The notes under the pieces: generated by a model | The model's database searches: none | Seen by the model: only the letters and a program-made list of their open reading frames with translations | Told to the model about the DNA's origin: nothing | Shown: positions 9,231-19,424 of the stretch, piece after piece | Numbering within the stretch: the stretch's first letter is position 1 | Layout of the letters: each line of letters opens with the position of its first letter | Sequence record: PP174317.1 | Direction: 5' to 3' (one strand) | Origin: Acinetobacter phage vB_AbaSt_W16 | Length of the DNA: 64,000 bases | Program-made: the position numbers and the translations under genes

Positions 9231-9402
9231 TCAACGACCATGCTTTACTACGACCCGATTTAATTTTCATTAATTCAGATTCATCCGTAAAAGCTTGTTC
9301 AAGCATTGCGTCCGTAACTAAACGCTCTTCACCTGTGAATAAGTTAATTAGTGTCCATGTTTTAAATTCAGGATATGTTTCTAAATCACTGAATACACTC
9401 AT
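9178..9402 (-). CDS. hypothetical protein 74 aa
   Basis: ORF. Confidence 0.4.
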   Translation of the reverse strand: MSVFSDLETYPEFKTWTLINLFTGEERLVTDAMLEQAFTDESELMKIKSGRSKAWSLIENFNDQTTSNASQILY

Positions 9403-9414
9403 TATACACCTCTC

Positions 9415-9627
9415 TTACATTAAGCGAATTAAATTTAAGTCCCGAATATATTCATATGGAGATTGATCATCAGGATGACATTCTATAAAAAGTTCCCAGT
9501 GCTGACGAACTTTATGCATCCACTTATCGTAATCACCTAAATTACGATCATTAAAATCTGCAATTGCCCCATCTAGACAGTATAACAGATCATCTAAGAC
9601 TTCTTTACATTCTGGTGTTAAACTCAT
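9415..9627 (-). CDS. hypothetical protein 70 aa (45.2-like position)
   Basis: ORF abutting gp46 start. Confidence 0.45.
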   Translation of the reverse strand: MSLTPECKEVLDDLLYCLDGAIADFNDRNLGDYDKWMHKVRQHWELFIECHPDDQSPYEYIRDLNLIRLM

Positions 9628-9628
9628 T

Positions 9629-11326
9629 TTATGACTCCATTACAGTAAATCGACCAACTTTTTTCATTTGCAAATGTTGGCCATAATCTTGAGGATTGTG
9701 GTCTCGATGTGAAATAATAAAAATATTTGCATCCGGCATATTATTCAATACCGTTGTAATATTTTTTGAACCTTGTGCATCAAGGCATGAATCAAATACT
9801 TCATCCAAGAATAAACATGAAATTTTAATGCCTGAAATCTTTTCGGCAATATCTCTCCATGTAAACATTAAAGCTAAGTCAATACGCCCTTTTTCGCCCT
9901 GTGAGAATGAGGCATACGAAAAGTCTTCTCGACCTCGTGAACGTATAGTTTCACTAAACTCTGAATTTAGCGTAAATGAATAATCGGCTTCTAACAATGA
10001 AAGATAATAGTTGATTTGTTTATTAAACAAAGGTAGATATTTTTCAATAATAGAACCTTTTACGCCGCTATCTTTTAACATTTCAACTATTAAAGATCGA
10101 CGGTGTTTTTCAACCACTAAATTAGACTTAGTTTCAACAAATTGAGTATATTCACCTTTAAGACGATCAATACTATCTTTATTGCTAACAAATTCCTTTT
10201 TAGCTTCATCTAAAGCTGCATTAATTTTTTTAATACGATCAACATGCTGAATGGCCAATTGTCTATTAGTCGCAATTTTATTTTCATATTGACGAATTTC
10301 TTCTTTAGCATTTAAATATGCAACTTTACGATTATGCACTTCAGTATGAACTTTTTTAAGACGTTCAAGTTCCGCATGCAATGACTCTTTAGAGTCTTCA
10401 ATTTTACTAACTAAAGAAGCATCAGAAAGTTGTTGTAAACATGTTGGACAAGCACCACCTTTTTGATAAAGTGATAAAACTCTAACAGTTTGATTAAACT
10501 CACCCTCAATCTGCACCACGGCTCGATGTGAGTTATGACTTTCTTCTGACGGGTCTTCGCCAGCATTTACAGAAAGAATTTTATCATTTAAAGACTGATT
10601 TTCAGCTTTGATCTTTTCAATTTCTGTCATTGCATCAGATTTCATCGTCTCTAGGCGAGTTAAGTTGTCACCAGACAGCTTTTTCTGACGATCATCTGCT
10701 TCCTGAAGAGTTTTAATTTGTGTATTGATATGACCAAGTTGAAGCTCGATTTTTGACAATTCCGCATTGATTACTTTGATAGCATCTTTGTTCATCTTAT
10801 CCATATCTGCTAGAACTGATACTTCCAATAAGTCTTCAACAAGTTTACGGCGTTCTGCAGCTTTTAATCCCATAAATGGTGTATAACCGGCTGTACCTAA
10901 AACTACAACTTGTTTGTATGAGACATAATTCATGCCGATCATTTCTTCAAATTCAGTTTGGAAATCTTTGACCGATGCTGCTGCATCAAGAGGTAGACCA
11001 TCTTTTAACACTTCAAATACAGTCGGTTTTTGACCACGGCGAACAAGATACTCATGGTTATCATATTCCATAATTAATTCTACTAACATATTCTTTTTAT
11101 TAATAGAATTAATTAATTGCCCCTTTTTAACATCTCGGAAAGGTCTCCCAAATAAAGCAAAGGTAATAGCTTCAAGCATAGTCGACTTGCCGCCGCCATT
11201 ACGTCCTGTGATAAGCGTCTTATGGCAAGCATCAAGTTTAATTTCAATTGGGTCGTTTCCAACCGACATAATATTTTGATACTTGATATTTTTCAACTTA
11301 AAAATTTTCATTTCACAATATCCCAA
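9629..11326 (-). CDS. 46: recombination endonuclease subunit gp46 (SbcC/Rad50-like ATPase)
   Basis: P-loop GRNGGGKST, long coiled-coil, CPTC zinc hook, C-terminal signature/D-loop FLDEVF; 565 aa. Confidence 0.9.
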   Translation of the reverse strand: MGYCEMKIFKLKNIKYQNIMSVGNDPIEIKLDACHKTLITGRNGGGKSTMLEAITFALFGRPFRDVKKGQLINSINKKNMLVELIMEYDNHEYLVRRGQKPTVFEVLKDGLPLDAAASVKDFQTEFEEMIGMNYVSYKQVVVLGTAGYTPFMGLKAAERRKLVEDLLEVSVLADMDKMNKDAIKVINAELSKIELQLGHINTQIKTLQEADDRQKKLSGDNLTRLETMKSDAMTEIEKIKAENQSLNDKILSVNAGEDPSEESHNSHRAVVQIEGEFNQTVRVLSLYQKGGACPTCLQQLSDASLVSKIEDSKESLHAELERLKKVHTEVHNRKVAYLNAKEEIRQYENKIATNRQLAIQHVDRIKKINAALDEAKKEFVSNKDSIDRLKGEYTQFVETKSNLVVEKHRRSLIVEMLKDSGVKGSIIEKYLPLFNKQINYYLSLLEADYSFTLNSEFSETIRSRGREDFSYASFSQGEKGRIDLALMFTWRDIAEKISGIKISCLFLDEVFDSCLDAQGSKNITTVLNNMPDANIFIISHRDHNPQDYGQHLQMKKVGRFTVMES

Positions 11327-11862
11327 TCTACATTGTAATAACCGTACTCTTGATAGTGGTACTCTCGCTTTTTCATTATCTCACGAATTTCAAAAAGCGA
11401 AATTGGTTTAAACCCAATATTTTCTAAAGATGTATTAAAGTAATTGCTATCTTTAATATTTTGGTTATGCACATGTCCGTGGATATTAAACTTTCCACGC
11501 AATTCGGCCGGATGCATCGGGGCATGAGAAAGCCAAAACTCTTTATACTTCTTCAAAGCATATACGCTATCAAAAGTTTCGCAAAGTTCTTTCATAGACA
11601 ATCTATCTGTATCATGATTGCCACAAATAAGAATTTTTTGACCAGGCCACTTAGCCACTTGACGGGCACGTTCTAGTGTAAAGACGGCATCTCCGGTAAA
11701 GTAACACGCATCTCGTTTAGTTACGCGTTTATGATATTCAGATTCAACATGTTCAAAATGGTCTTGTTCATCCCGAAATTGAGTGCGATATTTTGCGATA
11801 GCATTATGACCAGCGTGCAGATCGCCTAAAAATAATACATTAGCCAAAGATTTTACCTCCAA
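11308..11862 (-). CDS. calcineurin-like metallophosphoesterase 184 aa
   Basis: GDLHAGHN and GNHD motifs; extra gene between 46 and 47. Confidence 0.7.
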   Translation of the reverse strand: MEVKSLANVLFLGDLHAGHNAIAKYRTQFRDEQDHFEHVESEYHKRVTKRDACYFTGDAVFTLERARQVAKWPGQKILICGNHDTDRLSMKELCETFDSVYALKKYKEFWLSHAPMHPAELRGKFNIHGHVHNQNIKDSNYFNTSLENIGFKPISLFEIREIMKKREYHYQEYGYYNVDWDIVK

Positions 11863-11933
11863 TAAAAAAGCCCAAAGCTAAACTAGCTAACGGCAATAAA
11901 GCCGTTAGCCAAAAGTCTATAGGTGGAAACTTC

Positions 11934-12191
11934 TTACCACTCATGAGGATGAACTTCCACATAATTATTATCTTCCATCGCAGCTTCAATAGAGGCTTCA
12001 ACTTGGTGTGGTTTAAGGTATGCAATTCGGCCAGTGCTTGGGCATGTGATTTTTAAATCACCAACTTTCCCATATTTCATACGAACTGTATATTCAATAA
12101 TAAATCGAGCAGGATATTCATCCGCTAATTTAAACATTACATGTTTAGACTTAGGCTTTTCTTTGATCAAGATAATATTTTTTAAATTCAT
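11934..12191 (-). CDS. hypothetical protein 85 aa
   Basis: ORF with stop overlapping gp47 start. Confidence 0.5.
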   Translation of the reverse strand: MNLKNIILIKEKPKSKHVMFKLADEYPARFIIEYTVRMKYGKVGDLKITCPSTGRIAYLKPHQVEASIEAAMEDNNYVEVHPHEW

Positions 12192-13207
12192 CGCGTTGCT
12201 TCCAAATATAAGTTGGTGGTCATAGTTTTAACTTCATTAACATCTTCTGGTGTTAAATCGGGCAAGGCATCAATATAATCACCAATAATATCAATTAAAG
12301 GTTTAACTTCTTCTGTCGTACTAGTATCAATATCTAAAACTGCATCGGTATCAATACGTGAAACTAGCTTAACTTCATGTGCAACAGCTTCTAAATCAGT
12401 TTCAAGTTTTGCTAAATTATCATCAACTTTAGTAATGAATACCCGCACAGATAAATTACGATACATTTCAGGGTTAATTGAACATGGATATGTAATCTTA
12501 CGATGCCACATTGTATTATTTGCAATAAAAGTATTTTCATGTGTTTCGGTATCAAAAATCCAAAACCCTCGCACATCATTTTCATCGCCTGCTGTTAAAG
12601 TCCAAGGTGTTCCAATAAATCTAATATTTTTACCTTCAGATTGTGTATGAAAATGACCAGATTCAACAAGTTTATATTTGGCTAAAAAATCAGGTTCAAT
12701 ACCATGCGATTTAAGACCTTTATAAAATAAGAATCCATTAAGTTCATAGTGACCAATATTGTATAAAGACTTTGAATTTGCAATAAACGTCATAATCTCA
12801 TCTTTATTTTCATCACAAATCCAGGGTACCAGATCTATTGCAACACCATCATATTCAACAGTTGTTGCTTTATTATACACTGTAAAGTTTGAAAATTGTG
12901 ATAATAATTCATCACAGGCATTCGGCGTTAATTTGTTCTTAAAGGTTGCATCGTGGTTACCAACAATAACATCAACATGAATTCCAGCATTTCGAATTTC
13001 TTCACAAATTAAGCGGTTAAATTCCATAGTTTTATGAGTAATTGCTTTACGTACGTCAAACCAATCGCCAGCCTGGATCCACTTTTTAATATTAAATTTC
13101 TTTGAAATTTCAATTGCTTGTCGGATACCTTGCAATTGTATATTTTGCACCCAAGGGTCATCTTGTTTTACACCAATGTGTAAATCACCCAATTTCAGAA
13201 TTTTCAT
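12188..13207 (-). CDS. 47: recombination endonuclease subunit gp47 (SbcD/Mre11-like)
   Basis: 339 aa exactly as T4; GDLHIG, GDWFD, GNHD phosphoesterase motifs. Confidence 0.9.
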   Translation of the reverse strand: MKILKLGDLHIGVKQDDPWVQNIQLQGIRQAIEISKKFNIKKWIQAGDWFDVRKAITHKTMEFNRLICEEIRNAGIHVDVIVGNHDATFKNKLTPNACDELLSQFSNFTVYNKATTVEYDGVAIDLVPWICDENKDEIMTFIANSKSLYNIGHYELNGFLFYKGLKSHGIEPDFLAKYKLVESGHFHTQSEGKNIRFIGTPWTLTAGDENDVRGFWIFDTETHENTFIANNTMWHRKITYPCSINPEMYRNLSVRVFITKVDDNLAKLETDLEAVAHEVKLVSRIDTDAVLDIDTSTTEEVKPLIDIIGDYIDALPDLTPEDVNEVKTMTTNLYLEATR

Positions 13208-13263
13208 GTCAAGACCTCGATTAAAGATAATACAATTATATCACTTAAAATAAAAAGGCAAAT

Positions 13264-13286
13264 AAAAAGGACCCTTAATGGGTCCT
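13264..13286 (-). terminator. rho-independent terminator
   Basis: AGGACCC-ttaat-GGGTCCT with flanking A-run. Confidence 0.6.
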
Positions 13287-13294
13287 TAAATTTA

Positions 13295-13669
13295 TCATTG
13301 TTGTTTTTGTGCAATTTTTACAATATTAAACAATGTTTGTCGACTATCATCATACATGACAATTAGTTCAGTTCTGCTTGCTTTTGGACGACGATAAAAT
13401 TCACGCAACTTATTAATTGCATATCCATAACCTTCAAAGTTATCGGTTAATAGACATTTTTGTGCATGATTTTTTAATCGTTCAATTTCGCGCTTATTTT
13501 TACGTAAACTTTTTTCTGCTTGCTGACCCGCTTCACGTTCGATACGTCGTTGAATTTCATCGGTATCAAATTTATTTTCTAATAAGTCATCAATAGATAA
13601 CGTTTCATCTTCATCAGTCTCTCGGCCTTCTGCTTCAATTAATTGTTGCTCAATATTGATGGCTTGCAT
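13295..13669 (-). CDS. hypothetical acidic/coiled-coil protein 124 aa
   Basis: ORF followed by terminator. Confidence 0.5.
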   Translation of the reverse strand: MQAINIEQQLIEAEGRETDEDETLSIDDLLENKFDTDEIQRRIEREAGQQAEKSLRKNKREIERLKNHAQKCLLTDNFEGYGYAINKLREFYRRPKASRTELIVMYDDSRQTLFNIVKIAQKQQ

Positions 13670-13808
13670 AATTTATTCCTTAACAGTTAAAGATAATCCT
13701 GAATCATGAACATTAAAAGAGTAGTCCCAGTCAGGATTGAATTCAAAAAGTATATTAATATCATCTTTTGCGCACGAGTCGCAATCTTCATTTAATAAAT
13801 GAGTTATA

Positions 13809-14354
13809 TCAAGTGTCCGTTCTGCCATAAAGAAATTCTAGAACATTCACATCCTCATCTGCTTCCGTATCTTTAGGTTTTGCTTTTGCGGATGCTTCGT
13901 ATTGTGTCATTTTATCGTAAATGTCCTGGATAAAATTTTCATCTGCAATAGATGTCATTTCAGGATCACGAGAATCATACACGTTATGGATGAAATAACT
14001 ATATTTTACAGCCGTTTGTTTTCGTTCTTTTTTAATACGTTGAACGAAGGCATTAAAACAAACCATTGTAATATATGCATGTGGATTACTAAAACGATTG
14101 GTATCAAAATTAATTAAGCCTTTAATTGCAGCTTCGATGCCGTCACCAATCATTTCCTCCTTCCACGCAGGAGTATATCCGGAAAACTTAAAATACTTTG
14201 ATAAACCGTGTGAAATTAATAGTATAGCCCGACCAATTTCATCACTCTGTTTTACAACTTCACCAGCTTCTTCGCATTTCGCTTTCCACGTACAAATAGC
14301 TTCATAAAGTTTCTTGTTGTCGACATAATCATTGCGACCTTCTGATTTAGACAT
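13809..14354 (-). CDS. 55: late-transcription sigma factor gp55
   Basis: 181 aa; blocks LSKxFxFSGYT, NPHAYITxxCFNAFVQRIKKERK, KYSYFxHNVYDSRD match T4 gp55. Confidence 0.85.
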   Translation of the reverse strand: MSKSEGRNDYVDNKKLYEAICTWKAKCEEAGEVVKQSDEIGRAILLISHGLSKYFKFSGYTPAWKEEMIGDGIEAAIKGLINFDTNRFSNPHAYITMVCFNAFVQRIKKERKQTAVKYSYFIHNVYDSRDPEMTSIADENFIQDIYDKMTQYEASAKAKPKDTEADEDVNVLEFLYGRTDT

Positions 14355-14412
14355 AATATCAATCTCCTTAAAGTATATTATACTTTACATTTCAAATGAA
14401 GCATAAAAATAT

Positions 14413-14859
14413 TTATTGGATATAATCTGTTGCACATAAAATATCTCGTAATTGTCTATACGCTTTAAGATAATCTTCTTGGTCAAGAGGACCCCACGAT
14501 GGATCTCCATCCGGCTTAGATGATACTCTCATACTTTCAATATCGATTATATTATTACAAATATCAATGCTAGCTTGAAAAATACATTCACCAGACGGGG
14601 CATGTAACCATAAACAACGATTTCCAGGTTTACCAACTAAAGTAACTGAACCCAATTTGTATTGTTCAGTTACTGTTTTCTTAAAAATCCAAAACCCTTT
14701 TGTGGTCAAACGAGTACCGTATAGACCATATGAGCCATTTGGCTTGTGTGACAATTTATCTGTATAAACTTTCATATCATTCTCCGCATATAATTTCTTA
14801 TTATACCACGAATAAATTTTATGCAAATAAAAAGGGCCATATGGCCCTTTAATAATCAA
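14413..14859 (-). CDS. hypothetical protein; likely true start at internal Met (MKVYTDK, ~14774) with GGAGA Shine-Dalgarno sequence
   Basis: ORF; upstream part overlaps terminator hairpin. Confidence 0.5.
   Translation of the reverse strand: MIIKGPYGPFYLHKIYSWYNKKLYAENDMKVYTDKLSHKPNGSYGLYGTRLTTKGFWIFKKTVTEQYKLGSVTLVGKPGNRCLWLHAPSGECIFQASIDICNNIIDIESMRVSSKPDGDPSWGPLDQEDYLKAYRQLRDILCATDYIQ
14826..14848 (-). terminator. rho-independent terminator after glutaredoxin-like gene
   Basis: AGGGCC-atat-GGCCCT with A/T runs. Confidence 0.6.
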
Positions 14860-15112
14860 TTAAATCTTTAAATTCAGAAAATGTCACATAATTATTATCA
14901 ATAAAAATATATGGCAATTTTAATATTCCAACTTCTATACGTTGTTTTAATTCATGAAGAATATCATCGTCTTTAGCGGGAACTCCATCTTTCATTACAA
15001 TAATTCTATTAAACTTATATTTGTGACCAGCTTCTTCGCACATCTTTTTAACTTGTTCACATCCTGCACATCTATAATTCGGTTCATCAATTCCATATAT
15101 TTCAATTTTCAT
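14849..15112 (-). CDS. glutaredoxin-like protein (NrdH-like)
   Basis: 87 aa, redox motif CAGC near N-terminus, size and position as T4 nrdH. Confidence 0.65.
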   Translation of the reverse strand: MKIEIYGIDEPNYRCAGCEQVKKMCEEAGHKYKFNRIIVMKDGVPAKDDDILHELKQRIEVGILKLPYIFIDNNYVTFSEFKDLIDY

Positions 15113-15594
15113 TTAACTGTACCTTTAAGATAATTACGTAATGCCTTTTTATATAATGAACATAATTGGGCCTTTGTTGCTTTAGCTGGAATAACCGCAT
15201 TAATTGATTCAAGTTCAGCAATCATTTCCGGCTTATTCAAATACTTAAATGCTTTAGCTTTATCATTAACATATACCGGATGTATATTGGCATTTGATAA
15301 ATCTCTAAATTGATACGATATCCAATTTGTCACCCAGGTATTTAAATCTGCACCTTTAGCTACTAAACCACTTGAATTAAACTTGTGCAATAATTGACCA
15401 TCTAATCCATTACATAAACAGCACAGCAAGCCACGTACTTTACCTGCATTTGGCCCTTCCAGTGAGTGATCATGATCTAAATGATTAGATGTGACATCAG
15501 GATTTAGTTCATTACCACAAATGCAGCAAATACCATTTTGTTCTTTATATAAACGATGTTTCTCTTCAATAAACTTTTTACCCACTAACAACAT
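15109..15594 (-). CDS. 49: recombination endonuclease VII gp49
   Basis: 161 aa; NG.C.IC..ELNPDV..NHLDHDH..GP.AGKVRGLLC.LCN motif block matches T4 gp49. Confidence 0.9.
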   Translation of the reverse strand: MLLVGKKFIEEKHRLYKEQNGICCICGNELNPDVTSNHLDHDHSLEGPNAGKVRGLLCCLCNGLDGQLLHKFNSSGLVAKGADLNTWVTNWISYQFRDLSNANIHPVYVNDKAKAFKYLNKPEMIAELESINAVIPAKATKAQLCSLYKKALRNYLKGTVK

Positions 15595-15634
15595 ACAAAA
15601 ATACCCATATCAACTGATATGGGTATTTATTAAT

Positions 15635-15907
15635 TTATTGCTGCGGGATTATACGATATGAATCATCGGCATCTAATAGACACCAATAATCTTTTAACGC
15701 ATCTACTGTTGAAATATCAATAACTTCACCAGTTTCAGTATTTTCTAATTTATCAATACCCCATATATCATCAATTAAAATCGCAATACTTTTAATTGTG
15801 TAAGGTACACCAGGTTTTAATTCAGGAAAATATTGTGAAATTAAAACATTGTGTTCAAAATACTGTTTATTAATGAGAACTATATCACCAATTTTAGGTT
15901 TTGCCAT
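15635..15907 (-). CDS. hypothetical protein 90 aa
   Basis: ORF. Confidence 0.45.
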   Translation of the reverse strand: MAKPKIGDIVLINKQYFEHNVLISQYFPELKPGVPYTIKSIAILIDDIWGIDKLENTETGEVIDISTVDALKDYWCLLDADDSYRIIPQQ

Positions 15908-15910
15908 TTA

Positions 15911-16225
15911 TTACTCCTTACGAATAATGAAATTTTCCGGCGTATGTTCAGTAAAGAAGGCCCAGAAATCAGGATCATCTGCTTCAATGCGGATAACCTC
16001 ACCACTTTCAACATGTTTAATTGCAGTGCAACCTAGTGTTTCATCAAGCAGTTCAGTGTGTTCATCTTCAGCTAAACAGTCGCGAATATCTACAACTTCA
16101 AAAAGACCTAAACCAATAATAGGATTTTCTTTTTGAAGTCGACGAATTTCAGATAACCCCAATTCAGTGAATACAAAACGAGTGCCGATTTCGAATTTTA
16201 CATTGTTTAAGTATGAAGTAGTCAT
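15911..16225 (-). CDS. hypothetical protein 104 aa
   Basis: ORF. Confidence 0.45.
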   Translation of the reverse strand: MTTSYLNNVKFEIGTRFVFTELGLSEIRRLQKENPIIGLGLFEVVDIRDCLAEDEHTELLDETLGCTAIKHVESGEVIRIEADDPDFWAFFTEHTPENFIIRKE

Positions 16226-16258
16226 GTCATGATCCTAATTTATTCAATTAATTTAAAA

Positions 16259-16537
16259 TTACTTACGAGCAATATGAGCACGAAGTTCATTGAATCCGCC
16301 GATATGTTCACCATCGACAAATACAACAGGAAGACTTAATCCAGCTGGACTAGTACGACCTAATTTTGCTAACATACCATGAAATTGTGCATTAAAAACT
16401 GGACCATGTTCATTTACTGAATCTGCAATTGAAATAAATTCAAATTCTTTTTTCTTTGCTGTGCAAAGACGCTTAGCGCTGTCGCAATTAATACACTTTT
16501 GAATTTCAGGTAGATACCCATAAATTTGATACATCAT
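16259..16537 (-). CDS. nrdC: thioredoxin NrdC
   Basis: 92 aa; YGY...CINCDSAKRLC...EFEFI...GGF..LR motif pattern matches T4 NrdC (CVYC-type). Confidence 0.85.
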   Translation of the reverse strand: MMYQIYGYLPEIQKCINCDSAKRLCTAKKKEFEFISIADSVNEHGPVFNAQFHGMLAKLGRTSPAGLSLPVVFVDGEHIGGFNELRAHIARK

Positions 16538-16597
16538 TATGTTCCATTGTTAAGTTGATGTAAACTATATTATCATAATTTACATCAAAGCAAATAA

Positions 16598-17758
16598 TTA
16601 TTTACTATTAGGACGTCGTAAAATAGACAAAGCTGATTCAAGTGCTTGAATATCACCCAAAAGAAGTGTTGCCCTTGAATTTGCTTCTTTTGCTTTTTCC
16701 ACATAGTCTTTATGCGATCGCATTAAAGAATCATGTTTTGATTTCATATCTTTAATACGTTCTTCAAGTTGGTCATCCAACGACTTGAGCAAGTCAAGAG
16801 GTGATCGAGCCTCAATTGTACTAGTGGCGATACGACCGGCACTAGGCTGTACTAATGGTTGAACAATATTTGGACTAATTCTATCGTATGGATTTTTAAA
16901 AATATCGATACCTGTACCTAATGGTGGAATAGTTACATTTGATACAATCATATCATTTACCTTGGATGACGATTTAAAAATAACATCTAAATAATTTTCG
17001 CCAACTGCCGTTGCAGATAAATTTGGGCACATATTTAAGAATGTTAACCAACGGCGTTGATATTCTGTTGATCGATGTTGTACAGTACGATAATCATGTG
17101 ATCGAAATGCAGAACGATTTGAATCACATGAATAAACAAAACGCAATCTTACACCGCTAAGTTGTTTTTCAATATAAATTTTCATATCATATGATGCACG
17201 AATACATCGACCCGACGAACTTTTTGAAATATAATGTGCGCCTTCTACATCACGAGAATTTGCTCGAGACCAACGTGCTTCCATTGGTACAAGTCGCGGC
17301 ATATTTTCTAAGAACAAATCATTTAAAACATCAGCTGGATTTGTATCATTAGACCACCAATGTGTATGAGCTAAACCATTTAAAATAATAGATTTTTGCT
17401 TAGCTAAAGGTGTAACATTTTTAGCAAATGCATTTAAACGAGCACGTACTACTTTATCTGCGAACCATCGAGAACGAATAATACGCTTGGCAATAACATT
17501 AACATTGTTTAAGTGAATATCGCGTTCTAAATTAATAACACTTCTAATAAGACGTTCAATTTCTGGAGCAATCGGTGCAGAAGGCTCACCAAATCGAGTT
17601 ATGGCATTAGTCAAATATACAATGTACTGGCTTTTAACAGTATGTGATAACGGAGTATAACTTTTTGCATCTCGTTTGATAGGTCCATTTAATTGAGTGA
17701 TAACATCTTTAATAATAGTTGTAAGTTTGTTCTCAAGCTCTTTACGTATGTGTAGCAT
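16598..17758 (-). CDS. hypothetical protein 386 aa
   Basis: long ORF, C-terminal coiled-coil; no motif recognised. Confidence 0.55.
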   Translation of the reverse strand: MLHIRKELENKLTTIIKDVITQLNGPIKRDAKSYTPLSHTVKSQYIVYLTNAITRFGEPSAPIAPEIERLIRSVINLERDIHLNNVNVIAKRIIRSRWFADKVVRARLNAFAKNVTPLAKQKSIILNGLAHTHWWSNDTNPADVLNDLFLENMPRLVPMEARWSRANSRDVEGAHYISKSSSGRCIRASYDMKIYIEKQLSGVRLRFVYSCDSNRSAFRSHDYRTVQHRSTEYQRRWLTFLNMCPNLSATAVGENYLDVIFKSSSKVNDMIVSNVTIPPLGTGIDIFKNPYDRISPNIVQPLVQPSAGRIATSTIEARSPLDLLKSLDDQLEERIKDMKSKHDSLMRSHKDYVEKAKEANSRATLLLGDIQALESALSILRRPNSK

Positions 17759-17920
17759 TTTTAAATCCTCAAAACAATTATTTCCGTCCTACGGACGAGG
17801 GGCGAAGCCCCTATATCTATCCCGGCCTAAAGAGACAAACCAATGGGCCAACCTTCGGTTTTATTATACACACTTTTTAATGGAAAGCGAGTTAATATCA
17901 ACTTTCCATTAACTGTTTGT

Positions 17921-18634
17921 TTATTTTTCAGTCAAATCTATAAGAATTGACGCGCCGGCATCTAATGCAACATCAATATTAGCAAAACGTGTATCATGCC
18001 ATTCATTTTTTGCAGAATTCCATACTAATAAAATATTTTTAATACGACATTGACGATATTGATAAACTGTACGTTGATGCCATGACCCTCTGGTTGGCCA
18101 CTGCAACACATATTCAACTTTATTATGATTGTCTTTAAATTTTTGCCAATCCCAATATTCTGGTTTTTTGAATAAAACAGTTTTAGATGATTTTGGTCGA
18201 CTTTCAATTGATATAATTGTATGAATACCGAATTCACCGTATGGCACATTATCTGCAATACATTCATAAATCGTATCACGAATTTCTTCTAAGATATCGT
18301 CACCGTATTCTTCATACGCTTCATCACTTTCAAGATCGATGCCATATAAAGCCAAAACCGTCCAACGTACTGTTTTATATGCTTCATCGCGATCATCATA
18401 TTCATCACGACCCCAATTGTGTAATGTATCTACTTTAGGCATTTGCAATGCAACAATAAGAGCGGCCATAAATTCTTCAAAAGTTTTATCTACAACTCCT
18501 GGTACATTAGCAAAAGAATATTCGCTGGCTTTGATAAAAACTTCAGTATCTCCAGGAGTATAATCAATAGTTGTATTGATATAATCCGCGTCGTTTGTAT
18601 CGCCTGTGATTAGATATTCATGTGTATGTTTCAT
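17921..18634 (-). CDS. hypothetical protein 237 aa, paralog of 19425..20306
   Basis: shares FAxIDVAL(D/A)A block and 16-nt identical stretch with downstream paralog. Confidence 0.55.
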   Translation of the reverse strand: MKHTHEYLITGDTNDADYINTTIDYTPGDTEVFIKASEYSFANVPGVVDKTFEEFMAALIVALQMPKVDTLHNWGRDEYDDRDEAYKTVRWTVLALYGIDLESDEAYEEYGDDILEEIRDTIYECIADNVPYGEFGIHTIISIESRPKSSKTVLFKKPEYWDWQKFKDNHNKVEYVLQWPTRGSWHQRTVYQYRQCRIKNILLVWNSAKNEWHDTRFANIDVALDAGASILIDLTEK

Positions 18635-18921
18635 TTGTAAAAGTCCTGTGCTAATGATAAAATTGCTTTTCGCATACGACGATTTTTCTTAATCATCTTT
18701 TTATGCCATTTCATATAACGCTTGTGTAATGCAAGTAAAGGTTCTGCATCTTCAGGTGCATCAAAAACCTGGAGTATAGTATGCTTCATATATCGTCTTG
18801 GCACTTTAGATGAAGTTTCTACCATCACCATTGCACCTTCATCCGCAATAACTTTAAATGTATGATCGATAATAACTTCAGTGTCATATTTGACAATTAT
18901 ATATTTGCCAACTAAGCTCAT
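18631..18921 (-). CDS. hypothetical protein 96 aa
   Basis: ORF, coupled. Confidence 0.45.
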   Translation of the reverse strand: MSLVGKYIIVKYDTEVIIDHTFKVIADEGAMVMVETSSKVPRRYMKHTILQVFDAPEDAEPLLALHKRYMKWHKKMIKKNRRMRKAILSLAQDFYK

Positions 18922-19424
18922 TTTGGATCAACTCCATAAAATTTATTACAAAACTCCATTAAATTATCACGAGATTCAAAGGCCTCATCTGTAATAGAAT
19001 CTAACATTTTACTACGAGCTTCTGGGTCCATAGTGCGTAATGGTGATAACAATTCAGACAGTTTGCGAGCTGAACGTCGAGCAATTTGTTGCTTTGCTTC
19101 ATGTTCATACCATTTTTTGATTTCATCTATTTCTGCTTCTTCAACAATAAAATCTGGTACCATTAACCCTACACTCATATGCGAGTCTTGTGTATAACGA
19201 GTTTCTCCTTTCTTTTTATAGCCAAATACGTAACGATATTTGCCATCAAGAATACTAATTGATGCATAATCATCCATTTGGCCATCTAATTTATATCGAA
19301 GTTGAAGATCATTTATGCGACCAAAGGTAAATTCTTTGAATACATCAGTTAAGAATGTTGTACGCTTCTTTAAAAAATTAATGTGTTCTTGAAACTGCTT
19401 GGCAGAATATTGTTGACGACTCAT
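18918..19424 (-). CDS. hypothetical protein 168 aa
   Basis: ORF, coupled. Confidence 0.5.
   Translation of the reverse strand: MSRQQYSAKQFQEHINFLKKRTTFLTDVFKEFTFGRINDLQLRYKLDGQMDDYASISILDGKYRYVFGYKKKGETRYTQDSHMSVGLMVPDFIVEEAEIDEIKKWYEHEAKQQIARRSARKLSELLSPLRTMDPEARSKMLDSITDEAFESRDNLMEFCNKFYGVDPK

Noticed and set aside
11840-12025. 61-aa hydrophobic ORF overlapping ORF 11934..12191 in another frame
   Set aside because: It overlaps a coupled ORF; it could be real, but there is no independent support.
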